In this document: positions 23,964-38,139 of the stretch, in pieces
Layout: the number at the start of each line of letters is the position of its first letter
Position numbering within the stretch: the stretch's first letter is position 1
Source: Podarcis gaigeae
Taxonomy: Eukaryota
DNA: 64,000 bases
Strand: one strand, 5' to 3'
Assembly: GCA_964106915.2 (NCBI GenBank)
Contig: OZ066925.1
Translations under genes and position numbers: made by a program
Notes under the pieces: model-generated
Seen by the model: the letters and a program-made list of their open reading frames with translations, nothing else
The model's database searches: none
Told to the model about the DNA's origin: nothing

Positions 23964-26900
23964 CATTTTCCTGAAACTTTTTTTTTTTTGACGTGTCTAG
24001 ATCCAGCCTTAGGCTCATAGCTCTATGGTAAGTCATTTTATGTTGCTACTGCAAATTAATATAAGTTGCATAAATGATAACAAATAAAATAATAACTCTC
24101 CCCTCCCCACTCTGACTCTGGCAGAAATGAGAAACAGAAAGCTCCATTTAAGATTAACTCGATTTGAGAGTGACATCCAAACGGTGTTTAAACTTAACTA
24201 CACTTAGCTGAAAAAAGCCAGCTTCATAAACTATGGTTTAAAGATGACTTGTTCCAACAAACCACCACAACTGCAGTTAATCTAAAATAGAAACGAAAGG
24301 TGCCAAATTCCTCCATGCAAAAGAGGATGAGGGGAGTATGAGAGCTTTAGTGGAGGCTAAAGATGTTCTCATAATGATTGACTAAACTACCAGCAATCAA
24401 GTTGTAAAAGGGGACAAGGGTTGGATTTCAAAGCCCAATTTGCCTGTACTATTATGACAATATAACTGGTAACAAAGCCAGAAAGGTTCCCCGCCTCTGT
24501 GTTAAGATTATCAGGTTTTCAATCAGTGATGAGCATCTAATTTAGGAATGTATATAGCCGCTCTGTTAAAAAATACAAAGCAATTGCTCGTGTGATGAAT
24601 TTTTGTCTATAACAAATACCAATGAAATAAGTTCTTAAAGTGAATGGATCTTATGAAATAAAGACAGAGATAAGCATAGAAATATTCTGATTCATCAGGA
24701 AGGATAGTGAGAACGCTAAAATTATTCTCAGTAGGAGAGCTGCAAATAAAAGACTGATTTACAAGGAAGAACAGTCAACGGCAGAGGGGATTTTCTTGTA
24801 CGCTGCCACTGCTGGATGTGGCATTGCGGTTCTGGCTGTGTTTAGAAAATGGATAGCGTTCACTTCCTGGCCCTACCATTAGGTGGAGTGGGGCACCCCA
24901 CCACCAGCAAATCGTAAGCCATTTAATTCTTTATTATTGTGGGGTTTTATCACCAGGATGAGGAAAGACACCCTTGTGGGATTTTCTTCCTCTTGAGTGT
25001 TATCCTCCCATGATTTAAATCATATGTTTAGACCCTGGCTGTGGCCATGTTGAGTCTCTCACCAAGGTCAGAACATAAGAAAAGATGACTGGATGAGGCC
25101 AATGGCCCATCTAGTCCAGCATTCTTTTCTCAGAGTGGCCAACCAGATGCATATGGGAAGCCCGCAAGTGCAGCTTCACTCTCCCCACTTGTGATTCCCG
25201 CCAACTGGTAAAATTGTCTCAGTCCAAATGCTATTGCTCTGTTTCTTTCCCACATGCACCCGTAGATTCCTCTTCATCTTGTAAATAGAAAGAAGGGAAG
25301 ATGTATTGAGTCAGACCATTGGTTTGTCTAGCTCAGTATTGTTTACCCTGACTGACAGTATCTCTCCAGAGGTTCAGGCAGGGGATATCTCTCAGCCCTA
25401 CCTCAAGGTGTCAAAAATTGAACCCGGGAACTTCTGATGGACATGGATTGAGGATTACATCTGGAAATGTAAACCTACTGTCCCATAGGTGTGGGAGAAA
25501 TATGAGAATAACCAGGTTGTGAAGCCCTTTTTTAGCAGAATAAAAACACTTGGGCATTTGGGCATCTTACTGGAAGTTAGGAGTTAGGCAATTACACCTT
25601 TTAATCCCTGTTTATTTGTGATCTGCTGACCTTTCCCCTGTTAGCCCCTGTTGCTGTGTGTAATGTGTTAGACACAATTTTTGGTAAGATTAAGGAAGTT
25701 TACTTACACTCAATGCAGGCTGATAATACTTCAAACTAATATTCAGGGGAAAAATGCTTCTTAGTTACGAAATTAGTTTTAAAATGGAGTCTGGGCTCTG
25801 AGCAGAGCCCAGGAAGGTACATCTTCTCGCATCGTTGGCTTGAGATAAAGAGAGAGAACTCAGTCAGGAAGGAAATACATAGGATTATCTTCTTTTTTCC
25901 AAAACTCCCACCAAAGCATTAAGGAAGTGACCTCATACAGTCTCTTCTATATTGATTCAGGAACTCTATGAGTGCCATCCCCTTGGGTGCCTGTCTGGCA
26001 ATCGTGTATTTGTGATTTTGACTGGAAATCACACATCTTCTGTATGCAAATACAGCCCTTTCCCAAAAGCTGATGGCGGGCTCTACTTTATGCATTTGAG
26101 AACCTTTCCAAGGCTTCAGAAGGGAGACCGAATGTAACTGGGCCAGGATGGATAAAAAGGCAAGATTGGGACACAATAGTTTCCCCTGTTTCTATCTCGG
26201 AAATGACGTGATGCTTGAGAACTTCTGCACAAGCTGGCCAGTGCTGCTTGAAATGTAGTTGGACTCAAGGCAACCACATCAACCTTAAATGCCACATTTG
26301 GGAGGAAGAGTGACAGACAGAAGCTACAAAACAACAGTTTAAATGAAAGGTCAGCTCCTCGCATTCTAATGGAAAGCTGAAGCAGCAGAAACCCCAAGCA
26401 CATATTTGTGAAAATAGCACACAGTCAGGTGTGGTTGGAAAACTAGATGAGCTCCAGCCTTAAATTAATATCAGCATTAGCAACAGAGTGAAGTGCTTTC
26501 TAAACATTCGCGATTTCAAGCCAGGGCCTTTTGACAGAACGTATTATTATCCCAATGAGTTTCCATATTGGGAAATGAAAAGGTTTTCCTTCACAGTGGC
26601 GCTTGCCCTAGAGTGAGGTGAGGAGAGTAACAGCCTTGGAAACTCATCATCCATCTCCTCTCTTCTCCCAATAATGTGTGGAATGCAAGACAAATTGGTG
26701 GAAGACTTAGCCACCCTACTTTCTATTCACACCTCTCACCCCCGGGCTAGCTGCCAGCATAAACAAAGCAAAACAAAGCATCGGAGGACTGAATGCAGTC
26801 TTTAGCGCTGAGCATGGAACTATTTTAAGAAATGCTGAACCTGGAAGTCCTCAAATATACATTTCAGGGCTTTGCATCTGGATTGAACTGCAATGCTGCT

Positions 26901-29900
26901 CCCAACCTACATATGGGGACATATAGAGCAGGAATCTATGTATCTCTGGGTTGCTCTAGGAAAAAGAGAAGTAGGATTGAGGAATTCCTTTTCGTCATTC
27001 CATCTCCCATGTAACTTTCCAGCCATTGCACACACGTGTTTGTGCAATGGGCCTTCCAAGTTGCCCTAGCTACCCTCCTGAATCTAAAAGAATGAGGGAG
27101 GGGGGCACATTTATTTGACCTTCACCAGAACCAGGCATGACCCCCAAGCCACCGAGGGAAACAGCTTGCCTCTGCGGGAGGTGAATGTGGCTGCTGTCAA
27201 ACTGGCATCTGTTCAGAGCTGGCCCAAGTCACCTGGCGACTTACTGTAACAACTTCATATTGAGTTCCAACACCTATTTTTCTGGGGGGGGGCAGGGGAA
27301 GCACCGTCAATAATTCTCCGTGCTTAACAATCCTGGACTGGTGGTTAAAGGAGACTATACAGACATCTGCCTTTGCAAACAAGCTGATGCTCCACATTGA
27401 TTTAGAACGACTTAAACAAAAAACCAGAGGCAGCCCATTAGCTTGGATGGCTGTTTACAACAGTGGAGCTGCCTGGATACAAATCTATTAGAAATAATCA
27501 AGAGGTCACAAGTCTGCTTTTGTCTCTGGCAAGAGATCTGTGCTGTACAAGATGTGTCACAATCCCATATGCACCTACTGGGAATTAATGAACATAACTG
27601 GCAGTATCCAGCTAACTCATTCAGACAGCAAGGATTTATGCTTGTACAATGGAACTCCCTCCTCCCCCTAAATCTATTCTGGGGGTGCCTCCAATGTCAC
27701 GTGAAAGCACAGCCAATATGATGGCATTCTGGTGGCCCACATAACTGACCTTGTCCTAAATTTCTACCACTGGGCTAATTACTCTGTTGCTGGACTCCAA
27801 TTCCCATCATCGACTCATCATCAGACATGCTAGCTTGGGCTGATGGGAGCTGGAATCCAGCCATGTCTGGAGGGCCACAGGTTCCCCATCCCTTGTCTGC
27901 CGGATGAGGATATATTTCTTTGAAGAAGGCTGATGGGCTTCGCTTTCAGCTGGCAGTAGCTGAAAACTGAACAGTCTTTGAGAACTGTGCTTTGTACAAG
28001 AAAGATCCTGCCACCGGGAAAACATCTGTTTCTCTTCAGCTACCATTTAGACAACAGGAAACAGTTAATAAAGACCTCGGAGAGAACTCTGATTGTGTTT
28101 TCCAGTTTGCTGAATGGACAGATTTTATTCTTGTACTGAATAACAAAGGAGCTATATTGTGGCTGGATGCAGGGTGTCTCCCATTGTTAACTTGTCACAG
28201 ACATTTCTTTTTCTTCTATGCATAAGGATTTATTCATGTTTGACTCTACCTCCACAGTTTGGGATTTCAGCAAATTGCATGAATGTGCTCCTATAACAAG
28301 TTGGCAGCACGCAGGTAGGTTGACTGCTGGAACACACTGGAAGTTGCTAAGGAATTGATCCAAATGTCTGAATGAACCTGGATCTCACTACCTGACCCCA
28401 ATCTTATATTTTTGGAACCAAACTGCGCTCTTACTATTGATTCTCCCTGGCAGATTTGCTAACCTGGAAATTATGTGTTGTGTGCAGAGAAGTATTTCCA
28501 AGGTAGCCTCTAAAGAAATGATGCTCTGAGAGTCTGACCATAATGTTGCATGGGTTCAACCTTGCCATAGCTATGAGAATTTTGTTAGACACACAGGAAG
28601 CTGTCTTTTAGCAAGGCAAGGCATTGCTCCATCTAGGTCAGCACTGTGTATACCAAGGTTTCAGATAATAGTTCTACTAGGAGACAGAAAGGCTTGAACC
28701 TGGAAACTGCTACATGCAGCACATGGGCTCTACCACTAAACCACTTCCCATAGCTCAGTCCACATTTTAAAGCAAACCAACTTATTCCACAGTTCCCAAA
28801 CTTATATCTGATTTTTCTGGGATTGTGATGCAGTTTCGGTTCAAAAATTAAATACACAATTTGTGCTGTATGGGGTGGGTGTGGTATAAATGTATATTTT
28901 ATGGGGAAATAAAATAGGTATTAAATTTATATTTTAGGGGAAAGTGCACACAAATTTGCAATTTTAAGGGGCAATGCATGTAATTTAAATGTGATTTTTT
29001 TTAGGGGGGATACTGTATTTTTTTTGAAAAAGGAAAGCATAGTAAAGGGGACAGAATGAATTTTGGATTGAATGCACATGAAACTGACATGAAGTAGATC
29101 TGTCAATTCCAAACTATGTGCTGTAGCTCATCTGTCCTTGACAAACCTGTGGAAGCTCTTGCCACTGGGGAAATTAGTTCCCTTTTGAGTTTTGAAGCAT
29201 GCTCTGAATTTAGGATGGCTTCTCCCCAGGCAATAAAAGCTTTCTGTGGATATCAAACCGATTTGAGTCTTCTTTCTCATCTGCTTTCATTTGTGTTTTT
29301 GCATTCAAATCAGTATCACTGTTCACACTGATTTGTATAATCAGTGTGAACGGCGATACTGATTTGCATGACAAAGTAGCTGTACCATGTGGACAAAAGG
29401 ACCACCTACTAATTTGGGGTTCAGGAAATATATATATCGCTGGACATCAGCAAGTACCAAGAAGGGGGTTTGCAAAGCTTCCAGAGGGAATCTCAATGGA
29501 GGGGCCTGACTCTTAGTCAGGGACTTGAGCGGGTTTTTTCCTCCTCGTCATCCCCATTAGAGCCTATGATACAGTAAGGCAAAGTACCCTTATGCTCATG
29601 GTTAGAACCTGTTACATATGAGCATGCAAATACAGTCTCTTGGCCAGGTTGGTGGTACATCCTCTACAACCTTTGCCCATGTGATACACTTCAGGTGTTG
29701 TTGGGCTGCAACTCCCATCAGCCCCATGGTGACTGGGGCTGTTGAGAGCTGTAGTCCAATAGCACCTGGAGTGTACTACATGGGCAAAATTCACTGAGGA
29801 GAAGTAAGGAAGCAGCTGCCAAGGAAAGTTGCCCAACAGCGATGCTGGCCTCTGCTCCTTCTTTGCCAAAATGACAAACAATATTTAAAACTGCTGTCAA

Positions 29901-31179
29901 AATTCAGCTGGGATCTCTGTTACTGATTTTGAGCTTCTTTTTCCTGATCTGGGTCCAGAACAAAATGTACTAAAAACCGAATGCAAAAGTGGCAAAAGAT
30001 GCTTTTGTCAGTTGTTTCGACATCCAGATTGGGACATTCATAGCCCTACAATAGATCTTCTTGGTTGGTAATGGCACAAGCTCATACTGCCTGTGTTAGA
30101 TCACGGCTCTGGCAGATCCTACCACATTTTGTGGATGAAAATAGTAACACAACCCTCCTGACATCACACCAAAAGAATCGCTGCCCAAGTTCTCCCCACA
30201 TTGCAGACTCTGCCTGCCATAAACTGTGTATTCATTTACTCAGCAGTAGCTTGCCTTGCTCGGTTTTCCAAATTAAGACACTGTCTGTTCCTTTGCGGAA
30301 TTTTATGTGTGTGTTTGTGTGCTAGAAACATACAGTTGCCCTACAGTCTGATATCAACAGATCAAAATGAGCTTTGCCAAAGTATGAAATGACAAGCTTT
30401 GCAACTTCATACACACCATTACCTAGAAGTATGGCCCATTGAACTCAGTGGGGGTTACTTCTAAATAGGCATATATGGCATTACATTTATTCATTACATA
30501 TTACGTTTCTATGCCACTTCTTCCTCCAAGCAGTTCAAAGTGGCGTATATGGTTATCTTCACAACAACTCTTTGAGGTAGGTCAGGCTGAGAGACAGTGA
30601 CTGGCCAAAGGTCACCCAAGGAGCTTCATGGCTGAGACCAAACCCAGGTCATAGTCCAACACTCTAACCAATATGGCAGTGTTGATAGAGCCTTGCCACT
30701 GGCATTAGGGATGGAAGAGAAATTTGACTCAGTCCACATTTAAATACAAACTTACCTCATTCACAATTTTTTTTGTTGAAACACAGGCATTCTTCAGATT
30801 TTACAATGCAGTTATTTCAACAAATGTGTTGGGGAAAATCAAATACGAAAGTGTGTATAAAAATGCATGTATCCATAAACACAACAAACAAAAATACACG
30901 GTGTATGAGAAAATTTTCATGCAGAACTGTATACTAGGATAAATCACTCACTAAAATGCTGATCTTTTTCAATTAAAAAAAATGCAGACTGGTGGAGAAA
31001 TGTGGAGAACAGAACTTGAGAATGAAAAAAAATGATAAACTGAGTGAAACTGAAATTGACAGATTCACCCAACCCTACCCTAGAGGGCTTATTTCTAAGT
31101 CGGCATGTGTATGAGTTCAATGTTGGTAGAGTTCTAACATACATGACATGCATGGGGTTAGAGATAAGATGCATGAACT

Positions 31180-31839
31180 AAGATCATGGCCACTGATCCC
31201 ATCACCTCCTGGCAAATAGAAGGGGAAGAAATAGAGGCAGTGAGAGATTTTACTTTTTTGGGCTCCACGATCATTACAGATGGTGACAGCAGTCATGACA
31301 TTAAAAGATGCCTGCTTCTTGGGAGAAAAGTGATGACAAACCTAGACAGCATCTTAAAAAGCAGACACATCAACTTGCTGACAAAGGTCCATCTAGTTAA
31401 AGCTTCCCAGTAGTGATGTATGGAAGTGAGAGCTGGACCATAAGGAAGGCTGATCGCTGAAGAATTGATGCTTTTGAATTATGGTGCTGGAGGAGACTCT
31501 TGAAAGTCCCATGGACTGCAAGAAGATCAAACCTCTCCATTCTGAAGGAAATTAACCCTGAGTGCTCACTGGACACATCCTGAAGCTGAGGCTCCAATAC
31601 TTTGGCCACCTCATGAGAAGAGAAGACTCCCTGGAAAAGACCCTGATGTTGGGAAAGATGGAGGGCACAAGGAGAAGGGGATGACAGAGGACGAGATGGT
31701 TGGACAGTGTTCTTGAAGCTACCAGCATGAGTCTGACTAAACTGCGGGAGGCAGCGGAAGACAGGAGTGCCTGGCGTGCTCTGGTCCATGGAGTCACGAA
31801 GAGTCAGACACGACTAAATGACTAAACAACAACAACAAA
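31180..31839 (+). mobile_element. Bov-B (RTE clade) LINE, 5'-truncated
   Basis: ORF 31186-31413 ITSWQIEGEEIEAVRDFTFLGS...LLLGRKVMTNLDSILKSR matches Bov-B; 3' end gagtcagacacgactaaatgactaaa(caa)n; TSD atgaact at 31173-31179 and 31840-31846. Confidence 0.95.
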
Positions 31840-32253
31840 ATGAACTCACTACAACCTTATCAGAGCCTAATTTTGGAGTGTGAAAATGGGGAAAAAAATA
31901 CAACTAATGTTTGCAAAATTTGAAGTCTGTGTCACACTGCTGAGAATTGCATGAATGCCTCCTTGAAGACCACCAGATCACACAGGAAGGAACCCAAGGC
32001 AGCACCATATCTCCTTGGGGGCTGGTGGTGCTTTTGTGGTTGCCTCCCTTTTGATCCTCCTTTTCCAGATCTTTATCAGTGACACACAATATCAAAAGCT
32101 TCCCAGCTCTGGTAACAGCATGGAAGGGAAGACTGCACATAAAGTCTATGGCATTTGTGTCAAGTCTATTTGAAAACATATGCACTGAACATGGGGTGAA
32201 GAGGCAAGCACACATATGGTGCTAGTCTATTAAGCATCCCCAATGCCCTGAAG

Positions 32254-32389
32254 CAGTGTTTCTCAAACTTGGTTCTCCAGCTGTTGTTGAACTACAACCC
32301 ATCAACCTAACTAGCAGGACCAGTGGTCAGGGATGATGGCGGTTGTAGTCCAAAAACAGCTGGAGACCCAAGTGTGAGAAACACACTGC
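32254..32389. mobile_element. Short palindromic hAT-type MITE
   Basis: cagtgtttctcaaacttgg...ccaagtgtgagaaacacactg; flanks ccctgaag/ccctacag. Confidence 0.75.
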
Positions 32390-32655
32390 CCTACAGCAGC
32401 GGAGCATCTTTATGGATACCCCTGTCTCCAAGGTCCTTCATTTGCCATGCTGAAAAACATAAACACAAGAACAAGCTGCTGAATCATGCCCTTGTCCTCT
32501 CTAGTCCAGCATCCTGTTCTCACACTGGTCTACCAGATGCTGATGGGAAGCATCTGAGCACAGCTGCACTCTCCCTTGATATTCAAAAGCATATTGAGAA
32601 GGTTGAACATATCCATGACAGTTCAGAGCCTTATCCTCCATGAATTTCTCTAAAG

Positions 32656-32921
32656 ATAAGAAGAGCTTGCTGGATCAGGCCAGCAGCCCATCTAGTCCAG
32701 CATCCTGTTCTCACTGTGGCCAGCCAGTTTCCTGTGGGAAACGGGGGAGCAGAACTGGTATTCAAAAGCATTGCCGTCTCTGGTAGAGCATAGTCACCAT
32801 GGCTAGTTGCCATGGATAGTCCTTTCCTCCATGAATTTGTCCCAAACTCTTTCAAAGCCATCCAAGTTCATGGTCATTGCTGCCTCCTGGGGAAGTGAGT
32901 TCCATAGTTTGACTATGCATC
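32656..32921 (-). mobile_element. CR1-like LINE 3' fragment
   Basis: Minus-strand peptide VKLWNSLPQEAAM...LDGFERVWDKFMEE; tail ataagaagagc; related fragments near 6074, 23085, 25073 and 40440. Confidence 0.75.
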
Positions 32922-33124
32922 CAGTGGTGGAGGAAGAGGAGTGTGGGGGGAGTGCACTGCCCCCAGCAGCGCAATCCCAGTGGGGTGCCATCGTGATTGG
33001 TCCCCCACTTGCGCTGGGCGTGTCAGGCTCCTGCGGGTGGCATATCAGGCTCCCAGGACACGCACCGGCCCCACCCCTGCCTGCTCTCCGCCCCCTGGTG
33101 CCAGAGCATGAAGCTCTGCCACTG
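32922..33124. mobile_element. GC-rich hAT-type MITE
   Basis: cagtggtggag...ctctgccactg; perfect 8-bp TSD tatgcatc at 32914-32921 and 33125-33132. Confidence 0.85.
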
Positions 33125-33902
33125 TATGCATCATAGTTTGAATAAAAAATCCCTGGTCTTCTTCTGCTTGCTACATTGCCACTTCAAACCTTCTACTTAA
33201 GCAAGTAGACAGGTAAAAGAAAAGGCATATTCAGCTAACAATGGAAGTATCACTTGTCCACCACTGACTATTATCAGCAAAACAGAACATCTGTCTCTTC
33301 ACTTAGCACACCACAACAGCATTTCCATTATTCTATGAGCTGAGTTTCCCTGTCTTCCTGGAAAACAGAAGTGTAAAGTTTTTATTTAATTTCTGTACTA
33401 GAAAGAGTATTTGCTTTTTGTCTCAGATACTCTGACTCCTCTGGTGCTGGTAATCCTCCCATCCCTGTGGCATTTTTGCTGGAGATCTACTCCTCTTCCC
33501 CGGATGAAGAGAGTGTTTCTTGGCTGGGATGTTCTGTGGCAGCATGGCATGTATAAAGCTGTTTTTCTGGTTTATAGGGCAGATCTACTCTAGTAGCATA
33601 TTGTTACTAGAGTATGTGCCAGCCCTGGCAGCTAATCAGTGTGAGAAAAACCTGGAATCGTTCTGCTGCCAAAAGTTTAATGGCAGATAAGAGGCATGCC
33701 TTGACTTGATAGTAGAAGGTACAGTTACTTGTACATTCAGTCTACATCTTATGGGTGGCTGTTTTTCCACAGTTCAACTCTGCGTTAAAGAAATGTAAGG
33801 TGTTCTCCATTTGCACTGGGATTTCTAGATATTCTTTTTATTTGTGTAGATTTTTAAAAAATGTGTCACTTTGTGCTTCAGTGTGCTTTTGTTCCATTGG
33901 TT

Positions 33903-33960
<58 letters not shown>

Positions 33961-33978
33961 TAGATAGATAGATAGATA
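33903..33978. repeat. (GATA)n microsatellite forming the tail of a Rex1/Babar-like LINE 3' end (to ~34030, minus strand)
   Basis: Direct reading; adjacent tttattgtcatt is aatgacaataaa on the minus strand, as at 52078. Confidence 0.85.
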
Positions 33979-34322
33979 AATTTATTGTCATTGTCCGTAT
34001 ATACACAGTATACACAACAACGAAAATCAAACACCCAAGACTGGATTCACATACACATTCGCACGTATCTCCAACACTCTCATCCTATTCAGACATAATC
34101 TATTTAGGAAGCCTCGAGAGGAGAAAATCAGTTGATATTATATTAATTTGTGCATATTACTTGACACATCTAGAGACTATGACTGAGCAATGTTTCCTGC
34201 TCAAACTGTGCATTTGTGGACACAGATAGGACTAGTGAATGGTATCATATCAGGTATTTAGCTGGAATAATCTTTGGTTTAAATTCCCTCATGACCAGAA
34301 AACCCAGTGGGTTGTGATACAC

Positions 34323-34704
34323 GGTAAAAAATAAATGTAAAGGACCCCTGGACAGTTAAGTCCAGTCAAAGGTGACGATGGGGTTGTGGCACTCATCTCG
34401 CTTTCAGGCCAAGGGAGCTGGCGTTTGTCCACAGAAAGCTTTCCGGGTTTCCGGATCATGTGGCCAGCATGACTAAACCGCTTTTGGTGCAACGGAACAC
34501 TGTGACGGAAACACCATTTACCCTCCTGCCACAGTGGAACCTACTTATCTATTTGCACTGGCATGCTTTCAAACTGGTAGGTTGGCAGGAGCTGGGACTG
34601 AGCAACAGGAGCTCATCCTGTTGTGTGGATTCGAACCACCAACCTTCTGATCGGCAAGCCCAAGAGGCTCTGTGGTTTAGACCACAGAGCCACCCACACC
34701 CCTG
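34323..34704 (-). mobile_element. Sauria SINE
   Basis: Reverse-complement Sauria head and core; gttgtgataca repeated on both flanks. Confidence 0.9.
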
Positions 34705-35213
34705 TGTTGTGATACAACTAAAAGCCATTATGGTGCAGCAGCTAGTATCTCAGGCTAGGACTGCGGAGGAGGTGGGGTGTAAAACGTTGAGCTCCTTGGA
34801 GACAGGGCAAGTTGGGGACAGCACCAGTCCTACCATTAGGCAGAGTGGGGTGTCTACCTCTGGCAGAAGATGCTGAGTGGTGTGGAACAGCAGGGAACTG
34901 TTGGAGCTCAGAGCTGTGTGTGCCACCTTCCTCCACTCTCTAAGGCTAAGTGACCTTCCTGCCTTTTCATCCAATGACAGATGCTTCCCCATTGCCAATC
35001 TTGAACTTAAAATGTGGCTTGGGTGACTTCTCTACATGAAATTAGAGGGGAACATAGGAAACTGCCTTATAATGAGTCAGGTCATTGGTTCATCTACCTC
35101 AGTGTTGTCTACACTGATGTGTCTATGGTTCTCTGAGGTTTCAAGCAGGAAGTACCTGGAGATGCTAGGGACTGAACCTGGGATCTTTGGCATTCATGAC
35201 AGATTCTCGACTA

Positions 35214-35439
35214 CAGTGGTACCTCGGGTTACAGACGCTCCAGGTTACAGACTCCGCTAACCCAGAAATAGTACCTTGGGTTAAGAACTTTACCTCAGGA
35301 TGAGATCAGAAATCGTGTGCCAGCGGCATGGCAGCAGCGGGAGGCCCCATTAGCTAAAGTGGTACCTCAGGTTAAGAACAGTTTCAGGTTAAGAACTGAC
35401 CTCCAGAACGAATTAAGTTCTTAACCCGAGGTACCACTG
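35214..35439. mobile_element. Tigger/pogo-like MITE
   Basis: TA|cagtggtacctcgggtta...taacccgaggtaccactg|TA. Confidence 0.9.
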
Positions 35440-36339
35440 TACTAACATGTGGAACAAATAGTGGGAGCTACCATGCCCTTTGCCTCTGGCAGAAAAAAGA
35501 CTTGGGCCAGTTCAGAATGCAGAATTCCCTTTGACATGAGATTAAAAAAATAAGAAAAATGGTTTTAGTTCAGCCTTTTGCCTGAACGTGATCCTCCACC
35601 TTCAGTAAAGGAATCCCTTACACCTGCCTGGATAGATTTGATTTGGTTAATCTGGTTAATTTGGTTTGTTTGCAGATCCTCTATTTTTTCCTTATATTTA
35701 ATAAGTTGTTCTTCTATATATAGAACCTATAATAGTTGTCTCTAGAGTCTTCTTACAAGTGTGATGTCAGTTGTTGAAATAGGGAGAGTGCTGTTGTACT
35801 CAGGATCTGCTCATGAGTTTTCCACAAGCTTCTGGCTGGTGACTGTGAAAAGAGGGTACTGGACTGGATTCACCTTTAAATGTGAACTGAAATGAATTTC
35901 TCCACCATCCCTTCCTGCCACCATTATGTGGTCCTTGGCAGATTAACACTGAGAGAATGTGGACCTTGGCAGTAAAGATGTTCCTCCACATCTGTCCTAT
36001 GATCTTTTCTACAGCATCCCATCTAAGCTTTGTGGTAAAGATGTTTACCCAGTTTACCCAGACAAGGCTCCACACACATTCATCATGATGACCGTTAAAG
36101 TAATAACAATTCTCAATGCATTCATCCGAAAGCGCACAACTGCTGATATTTATGGGCTTTCTCCATTTTGGTCACAGAAACTGCAACGCATTACACCCCT
36201 GAAATATTCACTGCATAGAGGATGAACTTAACCTCCAACCCACCAAATTCTAAAATGGATGTTCTGTTGTCAACTTCCCAACAGTACTGTTTCTGATAAA
36301 TAGAGAAATGAACGCTCTATTTATTAAACCTTCAAAATC

Positions 36340-36720
36340 CTTAATGGTGGCTGTGGGGAAGGGGAAGGGGGGACCAGAAGAAAGATTTATCTACCAATAA
36401 AAAAAAAACTTAACCATTACATTTACAAAATCCCCATCCCTTATTGTAATGAAATTTGTCTTTTGAGCTTTGAAAATTCATTTATAAAGCAAGAAATATA
36501 TTCTGGCCGACTGTCTTTGAGATGAATAACCACATTATTACTTGCCTGTCAACTCTAAGTAGGGTTGTTAATAACATACAGATAGGGACTAAAAATTCTA
36601 AACCAGGGAGTCTCCTTTTGGAGCGACTCATGCTTTTAATCGATCCAGCAAGAGAATGCAATAGCATGGGAAGAAGTGAAATCTACATGGGAAAGCCTCT
36701 TTCCTTTAGAGCAACACTGG
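36340..36720 (-). mobile_element. Degraded L1-like 3' end
   Basis: Minus-strand peptide remnants and T-rich 3' UTR; weak resemblance only. Confidence 0.35.
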
Positions 36721-36963
36721 GGTGAAAGGATTGTGTGGTTCACCCTCTCCAAAGGCAAGGAGAGAGCTCTGCCCACGGAATGGGAGGTTTGATCATGGAG
36801 GGCTTCCTACAGCAGCAAGCAGCAAGGTCTGCTGCTGATGCTTATCCAGTGTCCATGCTCTGTCAGCAGAGATAGGAAGAAAGAGAATATTCTGGGGACA
36901 CATTGGAGATTAAACTGGAAGAGGCTTTGGAACCATAGCCTCCCCACTCCCTTGACATTCCCT

Positions 36964-37646
36964 CAGGGCCAGATTTAGGTTTGATGAGGCCTTAAGCTAC
37001 TGAAGGTAATGGGGCCCTTTCTATGTCCAGCTGTCCTTTGTCAACAACAAATTGTCACTTTTTGTTGTTGAATATATGCTATATGGTAATTTATTGATCT
37101 AATAGGTATCTAAAGCCATTTGCACATACACAATGTAGGCACCCTATATATACAAATGAGCAAACTAGTGATATTTTAGGGTGCAGGCTAGCAGGCCTTC
37201 CAGGTGTTCTTTTTTTATTGTGCATTCATGGTAATTTGTCCTCACGATGATATCATGGCAGTTATACATGAGCCTCCTTTTAATATTGTTTCCACCTGCA
37301 GAAGTTTCAGGATTGACGTACTCAGGTCCGGATTTAGATTTGATGAGGCCCTTAGCTACTGAAGGTAATGGGGCCCTTTCTATGTCCAGCTGTCCTTTGT
37401 CAGCAACAAATTGTCACTGTTTCTTTGTGTTGAATATATGCTATATGGTAATTTATGGACCTAATAGGTATCATAAACCATTTGCACATAACAAAATATG
37501 TATTTTATCAAAGTAATTGTTGAACAGAAATACAATTAAGAAGTATATTAATAGTGAAATACAATTAAGAAGAAGTATATGGGAGAGGGTGAGAGAGTGG
37601 GGCCCTAAGCTATAGCTTGTTTAGCTTATACATAAATCCAGCACTG
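36964..37646. mobile_element. hAT-type non-autonomous element with duplicated left end
   Basis: TIRs cagggccagattta / taaatccagcactg; flanks cattccct/cataccct (7/8); ~165-bp left end repeated at ~37323-37489. Confidence 0.8.
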
Positions 37647-38139
37647 CATACCCTTGAAACAGAGAGATTTTAAAAATACGCCCCCCCAAAAAAAGCCTCC
37701 ACAATTGCAGGGTGACATTCCACCGGACCTTCCACCCAGCTAGAACAAACTTTGGTATTGGTGGTTTGTTCACTTCAATGCCTTTATCCCCCCCCCCCAA
37801 GTCAGGTAGGATTGCTCTGCACATATAACAAATTATTCTTATTTCTCTTGATGCTCATTTGTCAATTTTATACTCTATTTCCCCCTGAAATTACATCCCA
37901 CACAATGAGAATGAGTTATTTTGTTTAAAATGTAACAACAAAACTTTTCTAATGTTGTTGCTGTTGCTGTTGTTGTTGCTGCTGCTGCTGTTATTATTAT
38001 TGCTATTCTAAAGAAAAGGTCTGCATCAAGTCAGTTGTACAAATTAAAGTGTTGCTGTTTCTGTGTTTATAAAAAATATATCCATGTATGGGAACAATTA
38101 GAAAACTGTTGCATTTTAGAATGCTTACATTGCATGGAC

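Noticed and set aside
24525-24690. Possible C/D-box snoRNA (gtgatga...ctga)
   Set aside because: No convincing terminal stem or recognisable guide sequence
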